Source: an uncultured bacterium
GTDB lineage: Bacteria; Actinomycetota; Actinomycetes; Mycobacteriales; SCTD01
NCBI GenBank assembly: GCA_964243385.1
Contig: CAXTFU010000005.1
Span: 8,713 to 43,033 of the forward strand
Length of the DNA: 34,321 nucleotides
Reading direction: 5' to 3'
The first letter of the stretch is position 1. Each line of letters opens with the position of its first letter. This document shows positions 10,501 to 17,707 of this stretch, in pieces. Below the pieces are notes generated by a model. It was not told the origin of the DNA. It searched no databases and saw nothing but the letters and a program-made list of their open reading frames with translations. The position numbers and the translations under genes are program-made.

Positions 10501-13107
10501 GAGGGCGTGAGCCCCGAGGGCGTGCTGACCGTGCGGGGCGACGTCGAGCTCGAGAAGCGGCTGGAGCCGGCGTGCCGGGCCTTCGTGGTCGACGGCCCAC
10601 CGGGGGCGACCACGAGCATCGTCGGGAGCAGCTTCGACACGTCGGTCAGCCCGTTGCTCGCGCGCAGCCTCGGCGGGACGTGCGCACGCGGTGACGGCTC
10701 CCGCGGGTACCTCCCCGGCACGGTCCTGCGCGTGGCACTGACGCCGGCCGCCGGCACCTGGTTCGAGCGCTGGGGGAGCCTCGAGCCGCTGAGCAGGCAC
10801 CGGGCGCCGACGGCTGCGCAGGTCGCGGTCGAGCGTCCCGCCGACATCGCCCGGGTCGGCCGCAGCGAGGCGACGACGGTCGTGGTCCCCGACCGGGACA
10901 CCGGGATGTCCGGCTTCACCAGCGCGGTGACCTGTCACCGGCTCGACGTCACGGTCGAGGACGCCGTCCTCCCGGGGCAGCTGCGCCGCGGCGACAGGCC
11001 GGCGTCGGTCGCGACGACCGCGGCGAACTGCCCGTCCTGGTGGCTCGTGCACGAGGGGCGGCCGGCCGCAGAGCACGCACGCTGGTACCTGGCCGGCACG
11101 GACGTCACGCTGACCGCGTCGGGGACCGTGCGCTGGGGCACCGTCGACGAGTTCGTCACCGCGCGCCAGATCGACTTCCGCGGGTGGAGCGGCGGCGTCA
11201 GCGGCCGGGGCCTCGTGCAGCAGGTGCGGATGGACGGCCCCGTCACCGCCACCGCCCAGTGGTACGTGAGCGCGCGCTGCGCCGGCGTCGTCGTGCGCAC
11301 CCAGCCGGCAGGCGCGGGAGAAGTGGTCATGAGCGGCCTCGGGACCGAGTGCCCGAAGCGCGAGAGCGCCTTCGCCGGGGTCGCCCCCACGCCGCAGGCG
11401 CCGCTGGGCTCCACCGTCTCGCTCGCCGCGCGTCCGATGGGCGCGCTGCAGGTCATCTGGAAGGTCGAGGGACGGAGCGTCACGAACACCCAGGCCTGCC
11501 TGGCCCGGGAGGACGAGATCCAGCGGAGGTACGACGAGGGGTACGAGGCGGGCCGCAGCAAGGACGCGATCGACCAGACGCTCATGGTGCAGGGGTACCT
11601 GCCGGGCCTGACCGTGAGCCGGGTCCAGCAGGAGGCCGCGCGCATGCAGGCGCTCGGCTGGACGCAGCAGAACATCGTCGGCGATCTCGAACGGATGGGG
11701 CTGCTGCAGCCGTCCGGTGCACTCACCCCGGACCGGCTGCGCGCCAACCCGTGCGAGCGCACCGAGGTCAGCACCGTCCACCCGGCCGGTCAGCGCGGCC
11801 TGACGACGACCGTCGAGGGCTCGATGGTCTACACGGCCCACTTCTGCCAGGCCGTCGACCCGTCCGTCACCATCGTCGGGCTCGACGGGGTGTCGGCGCC
11901 AGCGACGCCCGGGCAGCTGGCCGCCTTCGGCGGGCTGTTCCGCAGCAGCAGCAGCGCCGGCAACTGCCCGACGCCGGGGTGGTTCTCCCCGGGGACGACG
12001 GCGGAGCTGGGCGCCGGTGGGACCGGCGTGGCCGGCTACGTCCTCACGGGCTGGAAGCTCGACGGGACGGCGAAGCCGGCCGGTCCGCTGTCGGTGCCGA
12101 TCTCGGCGACGGCGGCTCCGCGCTCGGTCGCGGCGACGGTGCAGGTCGTCTGCCACCGGCTGACGGTGGCCGCGCAGTTCGGCCACACCGCCTACCCGCT
12201 GCCGAACTGCCCTGGCGCGGCCCCCTCGCGCAACCTGTACGCCGAGGGCACGAAGGTCACGGTGACCGCGGGCCCGAGCGGCGGTCACGCGCTGGTCGGC
12301 TGGCACGAGACGGGCAGCTCGTTCAACCCGACGATCGCCGTCATGGACCAGCCGCGCACGCTCACCGCGAACTTCCGCGCCAAGAGCGTCGGCGAGGTGA
12401 TGAAGGAGTCGGTGATCGACCCCGCGCTCGACGCCGCCGGCATCGCGGCCAAGAAGGCCGTCGGAGGGATCGCCTACACGATCAAGGTCGTGGGCGACCA
12501 GCTCATCGACGGCGCCATCCTCGGCACGCTGTCCTCGCTCGGCACCGCGCTGCAGCAGGGCTTCGCGGCGATCGGCGTCCAGGGCGTCGTGCTCGACCAG
12601 CTCGCCCTCGCCCTGCAGGTCCCCCAGCACGCGTTCGCGGCCGGCTTCGCGGGCTTCGACTGCGTCCAGGAGTGGGCGTGGGGGACGTCCCTGCCGACGC
12701 TGGGCGACCTGAAGACCACGGTCACGTCTGCGGTGAAGGGCGAGGCCAAGGCGCAGGTGGCCGGCGTCGAGGTCGACACCGTGCTGGCCGAGGCGCAGCT
12801 GCTGGCCGCCAAGATGGCGGCCGGCGACCCGGCCGCGCTGGCCCAGGCCTACATCACCGCGGCGGGCGGCGGCCCAGCCGTCATGGTCGTGCACCTGGCG
12901 CTGGACATCTCCGCGCACCCGGAGGTCTGGCAGGAGCGAGCCACCGACGCCGCCGCGGGGGCCGGGGCGTACGCGCTGGACCTGCTGGCCGAGGAGTTCG
13001 GCACCGGCTTCACCTGGGAGGCGTCGGCCACCGAGGCCTGGACGACCGGTGGCGATGCGTTCCTGTCCTGCATGGCTGACAACGGCAAGGCGATCGCCGG
13101 GGGGTAG
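4516..13107 (+). CDS. Giant (2863 aa) membrane-linked surface protein: multi-pass membrane domain, CSLREA/choice-of-anchor-Q-like region, Ig-like (Big_3-type) repeats, InlB B-repeat-like domains and unknown C-terminal domain
   Basis: Uninterrupted 8.6-kb ORF with GC3-biased codons. CTLRAA at 5632; GPVETVALRAGSAAI...DARG...CDAGAYQ; repeated PTGxVxF...H.LTA.Y.GD units. Exact start uncertain (ATG 4516 or GTG 4552). Confidence 0.9.
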   Translation: MCEERHQADDPRVSRHVVRGGPALRQGGRRGAVLQLLALLLLTWATGLTGSVVVANVVRALVGVEIDLLTAADGAAPVSVGVLAYAQGTAALGLVALLSAAALLAGAVELTRTARSGEQVRAWTPFLRGLSRTPAVARGLAVVLLLAALAVLVSAVLLVLSVVLLPAAAVLATIWWRRPAWRRSWMRGLLVAAVPLGVGAAVVVRWALWLPFVVVDGAGIRAALRHSADTASGRVLRTARSLTAVAVLAVVPATLLAGSSALGAPAAVVGVGTLLLVVGLLVALAVVATVLHEDVALAAVVPRQRPPARRLRRLAPSPAVTLVLLIGLLAQSGWSAPVAAADAPTASAVTVVVTSLGDALDTAGQCASDSATCTLRAAVETAPAGGTVVFGVTGAIQLVQTLHVRQSLTIDGTGQRITLRSPSSGTAVLLGAGSGGGDETPPGGGDETPPGGGDETPPEQTAPAGSGSWALRNLTFLGAYADGHGVLVGSGSAIVENATFTRHKTLDTLGSALYAANGGLSVVNSTFVDNSAMTAGGTVAASPSVPLSVNASTFVGNHGGGVRGAGATIANSVFRGASGGFNCDVSASVSGNVSNDGSCATDVGGVPDPSRTSLTDAQLALQALGDSTGPVETVALRAGSAAIAAGAPATCPSHDARGEVRGGTCDAGAYQTANGTTTTIGATNPAPFGSPITVTVTVTNPQGAPTGSVELTGTPAGTSTASLTAGTGLGVSTAAFTLTPPAGTHALQATYVPDAGLSASTGSLDLVVQEQTSATTLEVTPAGSSRPGTPVTLTARVANGGDVAHEQPTGSVDFASGSTALGRAALVAGVATWTGVLPLGSHDLTAVYLPGNGFLTSTGTARHSVRSVSRVTVDAPGTVVHGAPFTLHASLPAGATGRVVFSGRTTDRVWSSAPVPITAGTATTQWTQVLAPGQWSFTAEYGGDESQERATSEPADTTVTPAGTGVVLTGPSRSTTSGQPAPFTATVDARLTPALPTGSVELRADGTLVASAVLVDGVASLAPTGIPVGTDRSLVATYLPDTAGFTTSASTAVPHTVSRGSTTTRLAAPATSRSGETVALVATVAPVAPSTAAPAGHVTFSAGSTDLGSAALVDGVATLSTTALPVGTSALTASATPTSELAGSTSSALQHAVSRSATTVSLTSDEPAPGPGQPLTLTATVAVTAPGSGTPTGTVAFRDGTAVLATVPVSGGSAVLHLAGLTGGTHALTATYAGDASRTGSDVALTVTVAKVAALVQIVDVSPEPSRFGSPVTVVVSVRGATGLPVSGDVELTWGGSTVVGRAAVLDGVATVVVSDLGVGRTTLAARFLGDAHHVAAADEALTWHTVLPATPPVLLSSEASPTRYGERIRLFADVSPVAGRVPTGAVTFTVAGGVPVRSTHFDAAGRASADVYPGRAGLLGVSVSVAGDPWFEPLRADGLVHEVTAGSATVTLESVAPAVVGEPTSLIARVGPAAAHGIGGVRFFDGADELGIAAVDDLGRAVLRPTFGAKGVHRLTALYDNTSGTFDQVRSAPLLLPVAGRAVSFGMLAGGSTYGDDAAYTVRLFTTRAHTDEPTGSVSVRLGDRDLGTAALGTSAPLGQGVMLTTKVPLGRSLEPGSYAVTVTYSGDAAFETVSQPATLTVDRRLLVTSLDPPAPSPALAGQPVRLSGRIALPPTAAGVLPPTGTLQLGRGGASCTVPIGDGGGSCTVAFRGDPAEEQLHAVYSGDSRYWALPSPTVRLPVVRSTARIELSTALPDGGTWNDAEAGSVTWRTTATTPTPVQGRVEVWTSEGQQASCPTTSTGSCDVRFSAATTSGWVEVRFAGDATYVPSTRRQVLSVLGCHDVRATSGGRVLTAPNCGRTKYLAGTAVSLEAPERPGSTFLGWATDRTPGTVLEPSPLGVGRDLVAEPRYQPVCFTLSVTSYPASLRTVTPSPAPDCDDAVDPSFTPRDVGAIARSEVAAGRMRYRVGTRVELPTYSERLSPTMTAPVRWYGEGVSPEGVLTVRGDVELEKRLEPACRAFVVDGPPGATTSIVGSSFDTSVSPLLARSLGGTCARGDGSRGYLPGTVLRVALTPAAGTWFERWGSLEPLSRHRAPTAAQVAVERPADIARVGRSEATTVVVPDRDTGMSGFTSAVTCHRLDVTVEDAVLPGQLRRGDRPASVATTAANCPSWWLVHEGRPAAEHARWYLAGTDVTLTASGTVRWGTVDEFVTARQIDFRGWSGGVSGRGLVQQVRMDGPVTATAQWYVSARCAGVVVRTQPAGAGEVVMSGLGTECPKRESAFAGVAPTPQAPLGSTVSLAARPMGALQVIWKVEGRSVTNTQACLAREDEIQRRYDEGYEAGRSKDAIDQTLMVQGYLPGLTVSRVQQEAARMQALGWTQQNIVGDLERMGLLQPSGALTPDRLRANPCERTEVSTVHPAGQRGLTTTVEGSMVYTAHFCQAVDPSVTIVGLDGVSAPATPGQLAAFGGLFRSSSSAGNCPTPGWFSPGTTAELGAGGTGVAGYVLTGWKLDGTAKPAGPLSVPISATAAPRSVAATVQVVCHRLTVAAQFGHTAYPLPNCPGAAPSRNLYAEGTKVTVTAGPSGGHALVGWHETGSSFNPTIAVMDQPRTLTANFRAKSVGEVMKESVIDPALDAAGIAAKKAVGGIAYTIKVVGDQLIDGAILGTLSSLGTALQQGFAAIGVQGVVLDQLALALQVPQHAFAAGFAGFDCVQEWAWGTSLPTLGDLKTTVTSAVKGEAKAQVAGVEVDTVLAEAQLLAAKMAAGDPAALAQAYITAAGGGPAVMVVHLALDISAHPEVWQERATDAAAGAGAYALDLLAEEFGTGFTWEASATEAWTTGGDAFLSCMADNGKAIAGG
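5818..5889 (+). repeat. In-frame 24-bp tandem repeat x3 (GGGDETPP)
   Basis: ggcggcggtgacgagaccccgccg / ggcgggggtgacgagaccccgccg / ggcgggggtgacgagacgcctcct. Confidence 0.95.
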
Positions 13108-13161
13108 CCCCGCGCTCGCGGCTTCGAGCACGCACGGACGGCGTCGGCGGGCAGCGGTGGC

Positions 13162-14235
13162 CTACACGTTGAAGCGGAACTCCACCACGTCGCCGTCCTG
13201 CATGACGTAGTCCTTGCCCTCCATCCGCGCCTTCCCTGCGGCGCGGGCGGCCTGGGTGGAGCCGGCGGCCATGAGGTCGTCGAAGCCGATGACCTCGGCC
13301 TTGATGAAGCCCCGCTGGAAGTCGGTGTGGATGACGCCGGCGGCCTCGGGCGCGGTCGCGCCCTGCTTGATGGTCCAGGCGCGAGCCTCCTTGGGCCCGG
13401 CGGTGAGGTAGGTCTGCAGCCCGAGCGTGGCGAAGCCGATGCGCGCGAGCTGGTGCAGGCCGCTCTCGGACTGGCCCATCGACTGCAGCAGCTCGAGCGC
13501 CTCGGCGTCGTCCATCTCGATGAGCTCGGACTCGACCTTGGCGTCGAGGAACACGGCCTCGGCGGGGGCGACCAGGCCGGCCAGCTCGGCCCGCAGGGCC
13601 TCGTCGTTCAGCTCGTCCTCGTCGAGGTTGAACACGTACAGGAAGGGCTTGGCGGTCAGGAGGTGCAGCTCGCGCAGCGGCCCGCGGTCGACGCCCGAGG
13701 CGAAGATCGTCTGCCCGGAGTCGAGGACGGCCTGCGCCTGGCGGACGGCCTCGAGCTGGGGCACGACGTCCTTCTTGATGCGCGCCTCCTTCTCCAGGCG
13801 CGGGACGGCCTTCTCGACCGTCTGCAGGTCGGCGAGGATCAGCTCGGTGTTGATGGTGTCCATGTCGTCCTTGGGCGAGACGCGCCCGTCGACGTGCACC
13901 ACGTTGTCGTCCTGGAACGCCCGGATGACCTGGCAGATCGCGTCGCTGTCGCGGATGTTCGCGAGGAACTTGTTCCCCAGGCCCTCGCCCTCGGAGGCGC
14001 CCTTGACGATGCCGGCGATGTCGACGAAGTCGACCGTCGCGGGGATGGTCTTCTGCGAGGAGAACAGCTCGGCGAGCTTGGGCAGGCGCTCGTCCGGGAC
14101 GCCGACGACACCGACGTTCGGCTCGATCGTCGCGAACGGGTAGTTCGCCGCCAGCACGTCGTTCTTGGTGAGCGCGTTGAACAGGGTGCTCTTGCCGACG
14201 TTGGGCAGACCGACGATGCCGAGGGAGAGACTCAC
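13162..14235 (-). CDS. ychF: Redox-regulated ATPase YchF (Obg family)
   Basis: GIVGLPNVGKSTLFNALT, ANYPFATIEPN, DIAGIVKGASEGEGLGNKFL; C-terminal GKDYVMQDGDVVEFRFNV. Confidence 0.98.
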   Translation of the reverse strand: MSLSLGIVGLPNVGKSTLFNALTKNDVLAANYPFATIEPNVGVVGVPDERLPKLAELFSSQKTIPATVDFVDIAGIVKGASEGEGLGNKFLANIRDSDAICQVIRAFQDDNVVHVDGRVSPKDDMDTINTELILADLQTVEKAVPRLEKEARIKKDVVPQLEAVRQAQAVLDSGQTIFASGVDRGPLRELHLLTAKPFLYVFNLDEDELNDEALRAELAGLVAPAEAVFLDAKVESELIEMDDAEALELLQSMGQSESGLHQLARIGFATLGLQTYLTAGPKEARAWTIKQGATAPEAAGVIHTDFQRGFIKAEVIGFDDLMAAGSTQAARAAGKARMEGKDYVMQDGDVVEFRFNV

Positions 14236-14315
14236 GTCGTACGACGCTACCGGCGCGCGCGGTCCCCACGCGCGGCCTGACCGGTCTTGTCGGACCCGGC
14301 TGGCACGGTGTGCCC

Positions 14316-15476
14316 ATGACCCCGTCCACCGTCGTCGCGCTCGTGCTGGGGCTGCTCGTCGGCGCGCTGCTGGGCCTGCTCGCCGGCCGCCTGCTCGCGC
14401 GGCGCGACGAGCAGGTGCTGCTGAGCTCGTTCGAGGGCCTGGCGACCCGGGCGCTGGCCGGCACGCGCGACGAGGCCGACCGCGAGCTGCACGGGCAGCG
14501 GCAGGCCGTGGAGCACCTGGTCGGTCCGCTGCGGGAGCAGCTGCACCTCGTCGAGGCGCAGCTGCGGGGGCTCGAGGTCGAGCGGGCCCGGGCGCAGGCC
14601 GAGCTGCGCGAGCAGGTCAGCGGGGTGCGGCGCACGTCCGAGCAGCTCGGGCGCGAGACCGCCTCGCTGGCCTCGGCCCTGCGCCGTCCGCAGGCACGCG
14701 GGCGCTGGGGCGAGGTGCAGCTGCGGCGCTGCGTCGAGTTCGCCGGGATGGTCGACCGCTGCGACTACTCCGAGCAGGAGACGCTGCGCGCCGCCGACGG
14801 CACGACGCTGCGCCCCGACCTCGTCGTGCGCCTCGCCGGCGGCCGCAGCATCGTGGTCGACGCCAAGGTGACCCTCGCCGCCTACCTCGAGGCCGTCGAC
14901 TGCGCCGACGACGAGGCAGCCGCCACGCGCATGGCCGCCCACGCCCGGCACCTGCGGGCGCACGTCGACCGGCTCGCCGACAAGGCGTACTGGTCCGCGC
15001 TGCCCGACACCCCCGAGTTCGTCGTGCTGTTCCTGCCCGGCGAGGCCTTCCTCGCGCCGGCCCTCGAGCACGACCCGTCGCTGCTCGAGCACGCCTACGC
15101 CCGGCGGGTCCACCTCGCGACCCCGACGACGCTGGTCTCGCTGCTGCGGACCGTCGCGCACGGCTGGCAGCAGCACGCGCTCACCGAGAACGCCCGCGCG
15201 GTCGTGGCGACCGGTCAGGAGCTGTACGCCAGGCTCGGCACGCTGGGGGCACATGTCGACAAGCTCGGCCGCTCGCTGGGCACCGCCGTCACGGACTTCA
15301 ACCGGACGGTCGGCTCGCTCGAGCGCACCGTGCTGCCCTCGGCCCGCCGGATGACCGAGCTCGGGCTCGCCGGCGACGTGCCGGCGGCGCCGCGGCCGGT
15401 CGACGACCTGCCGCGTCCGCTCGCCGCGTCCGAGCTCGTCCCGCCGCTCAGCCCGGTGCGGGACCAGGCCGTGTAG
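14316..15476 (+). CDS. rmuC: DNA recombination protein RmuC
   Basis: N-terminal TM and coiled coil, RGRWGEVQL, RPDLVVRL...VDAK, FVVLFLPGE, ATPTTL; divergent from ychF. Confidence 0.95.
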   Translation: MTPSTVVALVLGLLVGALLGLLAGRLLARRDEQVLLSSFEGLATRALAGTRDEADRELHGQRQAVEHLVGPLREQLHLVEAQLRGLEVERARAQAELREQVSGVRRTSEQLGRETASLASALRRPQARGRWGEVQLRRCVEFAGMVDRCDYSEQETLRAADGTTLRPDLVVRLAGGRSIVVDAKVTLAAYLEAVDCADDEAAATRMAAHARHLRAHVDRLADKAYWSALPDTPEFVVLFLPGEAFLAPALEHDPSLLEHAYARRVHLATPTTLVSLLRTVAHGWQQHALTENARAVVATGQELYARLGTLGAHVDKLGRSLGTAVTDFNRTVGSLERTVLPSARRMTELGLAGDVPAAPRPVDDLPRPLAASELVPPLSPVRDQAV

Positions 15477-15490
15477 GCCCAGCCGCCACC

Positions 15491-15581
15491 GCCCGGCTGT
15501 CGCACCCCGGCTGTCGCACCCCGGCTGTCGTACCCCGGCTGTCGTACCCCGGCTGTCGTACCCCGGCTGTCGTACCCCGGC
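15491..15581. repeat. 14-bp tandem repeat (CCCCGGCTGTCGYA) x~6.5, VNTR
   Basis: Two ...CGCA units then four ...CGTA units plus a half unit, between convergent genes. Confidence 0.95.
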
Positions 15582-15653
15582 CGGCCGCGACACCGACCGG
15601 AGCGCGCCACCCGAGCCCCCGCGAGGGGCAGCACGGCGCGGCGCACCCCGGCG

Positions 15654-15968
15654 TCAGCGGACGGCGACGCCGTACGCCTCGCAGAAGTCGACGGCAGCCT
15701 TGGCGACGACCGCAGCCGGGCTCGCGCCGGCGCTCGGGTGGTCGGCCATGAGCCGGCGGGCCACCTCCGGCGCGTCGAGGTCGCCGACCGCCCGCAGGTG
15801 GTCCCAGGCGTGCACCGCCAGCTCGCGCGCCAGGCCCTCCGGCAGGCCGGGGTCCTTGCTGCGGGCCTGCGCCGCGACCCAGTCGGCGTCGTAGCTGCCC
15901 TGCGGCGGTCCGAAGACGCGCTCGCCCTCGCCGTACGCCGTCGGGCCGCTGCCGCTCGAGGAGGTCAC
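15654..15968 (-). CDS. Hypothetical protein (104 aa)
   Basis: Protein-like composition and GC3 bias. TAGCGT -10 lies 6 nt before the GTG. Fills the gap between rmuC and DUF6542. Confidence 0.65.
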   Translation of the reverse strand: MTSSSGSGPTAYGEGERVFGPPQGSYDADWVAAQARSKDPGLPEGLARELAVHAWDHLRAVGDLDAPEVARRLMADHPSAGASPAAVVAKAAVDFCEAYGVAVR

Positions 15969-16127
15969 CGGTCCACGCTAGAGCAGCACCGCGTCCTGTA
16001 GCCGGCCCGGCACACGCTGTTCGGACGCGCCGCGGGCCGGGTGAACTGCGCCGGTCCCTGCCCGTCCGGCAGTAGTTTCGAGGCGTGATCCGCCGCTCCG
16101 CCGTCCCTCGTCCATGATCGCAGGCGC

Positions 16128-16553
16128 ATGACCGCGGGCACCGAGGAGCGCCGGCCGTCCGCACGGCTCGCCGACCGCCGGGGGCTCACGACGCCCGGCG
16201 CTGCCGTCGTCATGCTCGTCGTCGGGCTGGTCGGCGCGGTGTTCGACGTGGCGACCGGCCAGGGGCTCCGGCTCGTGTTCGCGGTGCTGTTCGTCCTCGG
16301 CTGCGCCCTCGGCGCGCTGACCGTGCACCGCGAGCACCTTCGAGCGGTCGTCGTCATGCCGCCGCTCGTCTACGCGGTGCTGGCGCTCGGTGCCAGTGCG
16401 GTCGAGAGCTGGGGCACCGGCGGGTCGTTCCTGCGTGACCAGGCGCTCGAGCTCGTAAACTCGCTCGTGCTGCGGGCGCCGGTGCTCGTCACCGGCTTCC
16501 TGCTCGTCCTCGTGCTCGCGCTCCTGCGCGGCATGCGGCGCTCGCGCACCTGA
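16128..16553 (+). CDS. DUF6542-type membrane protein (Rv1111c-like)
   Basis: About four hydrophobic helices, AVVVMPPLVY motif; conserved position convergent with ispH. Confidence 0.75.
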   Translation: MTAGTEERRPSARLADRRGLTTPGAAVVMLVVGLVGAVFDVATGQGLRLVFAVLFVLGCALGALTVHREHLRAVVVMPPLVYAVLALGASAVESWGTGGSFLRDQALELVNSLVLRAPVLVTGFLLVLVLALLRGMRRSRT

Positions 16554-16583
16554 CGGGACAGGGTCGGCGGCCGACGAGCGGGC

Positions 16584-17567
16584 TCAGGTCTCGCTGATGC
16601 CCGCGGCACGAAGGTCGCGGCGCAGCTCGGGCGGCAGGGCGAACTGCAGGTGCTCCTGCGCCGACTCGACCTCGGTGACCTCGCCGTAGCCGCGCGCCGC
16701 CAGCCACTCCATGACCGCGTGCACGAGCGTCTCGGGCACCGACGCGCCGCTCGACAGACCGACCGTGGTGACGCCCTCGAGCCACGCCTCGTCGATCTCG
16801 GAGGCGTCGTCGACCAGGTAGGACGCGCGGGCACCGGCGTCGAGCGCCACCTCGACGAGCCGGACGGAGTTCGAGCTGTTGCGCGACCCGACGACGAGCA
16901 CGAGGTCGGAGTCGGCGGCGATCTCCTTGACCGCGATCTGGCGGTTCGACGTCGCGTAGCAGATGTCGGCCGACGGCGGACCCTGCAGCAGCGGGAAGCG
17001 CTGGCGGAGCGCCTCAACCGTCACGTTCGTCTCGTCGACCGACAGCGTGGTCTGCGACAGGTAGGCGACCTTCGACGGGTCGCGGACGGCGACCGAGGCC
17101 GCCTCCTCGACGCCGTCGACGAGGTGGATGCGCTCCGGCGCCTGGCCGGTCGTGCCGACCACCTCCTCGTGCCCCTCGTGGCCGATGAGCACGATGTCGA
17201 GGTCGTCGGCGGCGAAGCGCTTCGCCTCCAGGTGCACCTTCGTGACGAGCGGGCAGGTCGCATCGATCGTGCGCAGCTGCCGGACCGCGGCCTCCGCGTG
17301 CACCGTCGGGGCCACGCCGTGGGCGGAGAACACCACGGTCGCACCCTCGGGCACCTCGTCGGTCTCGTCGACGAAGATCGCGCCCTGCTGCTCGAGCGTG
17401 CGCACGACGTGCGCGTTGTGGACGATCTGCTTGCGGACGTAGACCGGCGCGCCGTACGCGGCGAGCGCCTTCTCGACGGTGAGCACGGCCCGGTCGACGC
17501 CCGCGCAGTAGCCGCGCGGCTTGGCCACCAGGACTCGCTTGGACGGTCGCACCGAGGTCTCCGTCAT
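16584..17567 (-). CDS. ispH: 4-hydroxy-3-methylbut-2-enyl diphosphate reductase
   Basis: [52 protein letters not shown] lies 7 nt before ATG 17567. Confidence 0.98.
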   Translation of the reverse strand: MTETSVRPSKRVLVAKPRGYCAGVDRAVLTVEKALAAYGAPVYVRKQIVHNAHVVRTLEQQGAIFVDETDEVPEGATVVFSAHGVAPTVHAEAAVRQLRTIDATCPLVTKVHLEAKRFAADDLDIVLIGHEGHEEVVGTTGQAPERIHLVDGVEEAASVAVRDPSKVAYLSQTTLSVDETNVTVEALRQRFPLLQGPPSADICYATSNRQIAVKEIAADSDLVLVVGSRNSSNSVRLVEVALDAGARASYLVDDASEIDEAWLEGVTTVGLSSGASVPETLVHAVMEWLAARGYGEVTEVESAQEHLQFALPPELRRDLRAAGISET

Positions 17568-17707
17568 GCGCACCATCCTACGTGCGCGTGCCTACCACGC
17601 CCGGTGACGTCGCTCTCGCTCGCGTGTGGGCGGCACGCGCGAGGGCACGCAGAACGGGACCGCAGACCGCCTGCCTGCCTGACCACTGCCCGTTGGAGGC
17701 CTCCGCC

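Noticed and set aside
4504-13131. Very long minus-strand ORFs (1517 aa and 1348 aa) opposite the giant gene, and similar shadow ORFs throughout
   Set aside because: Arg/Gly/Pro-rich antisense or alternative frames are expected from stop-codon scarcity at this GC content; they carry no domain motifs.
15491-15581. Possible CRISPR array
   Set aside because: Units are 14 bp and directly tandem with no spacers; no cas genes in the window.
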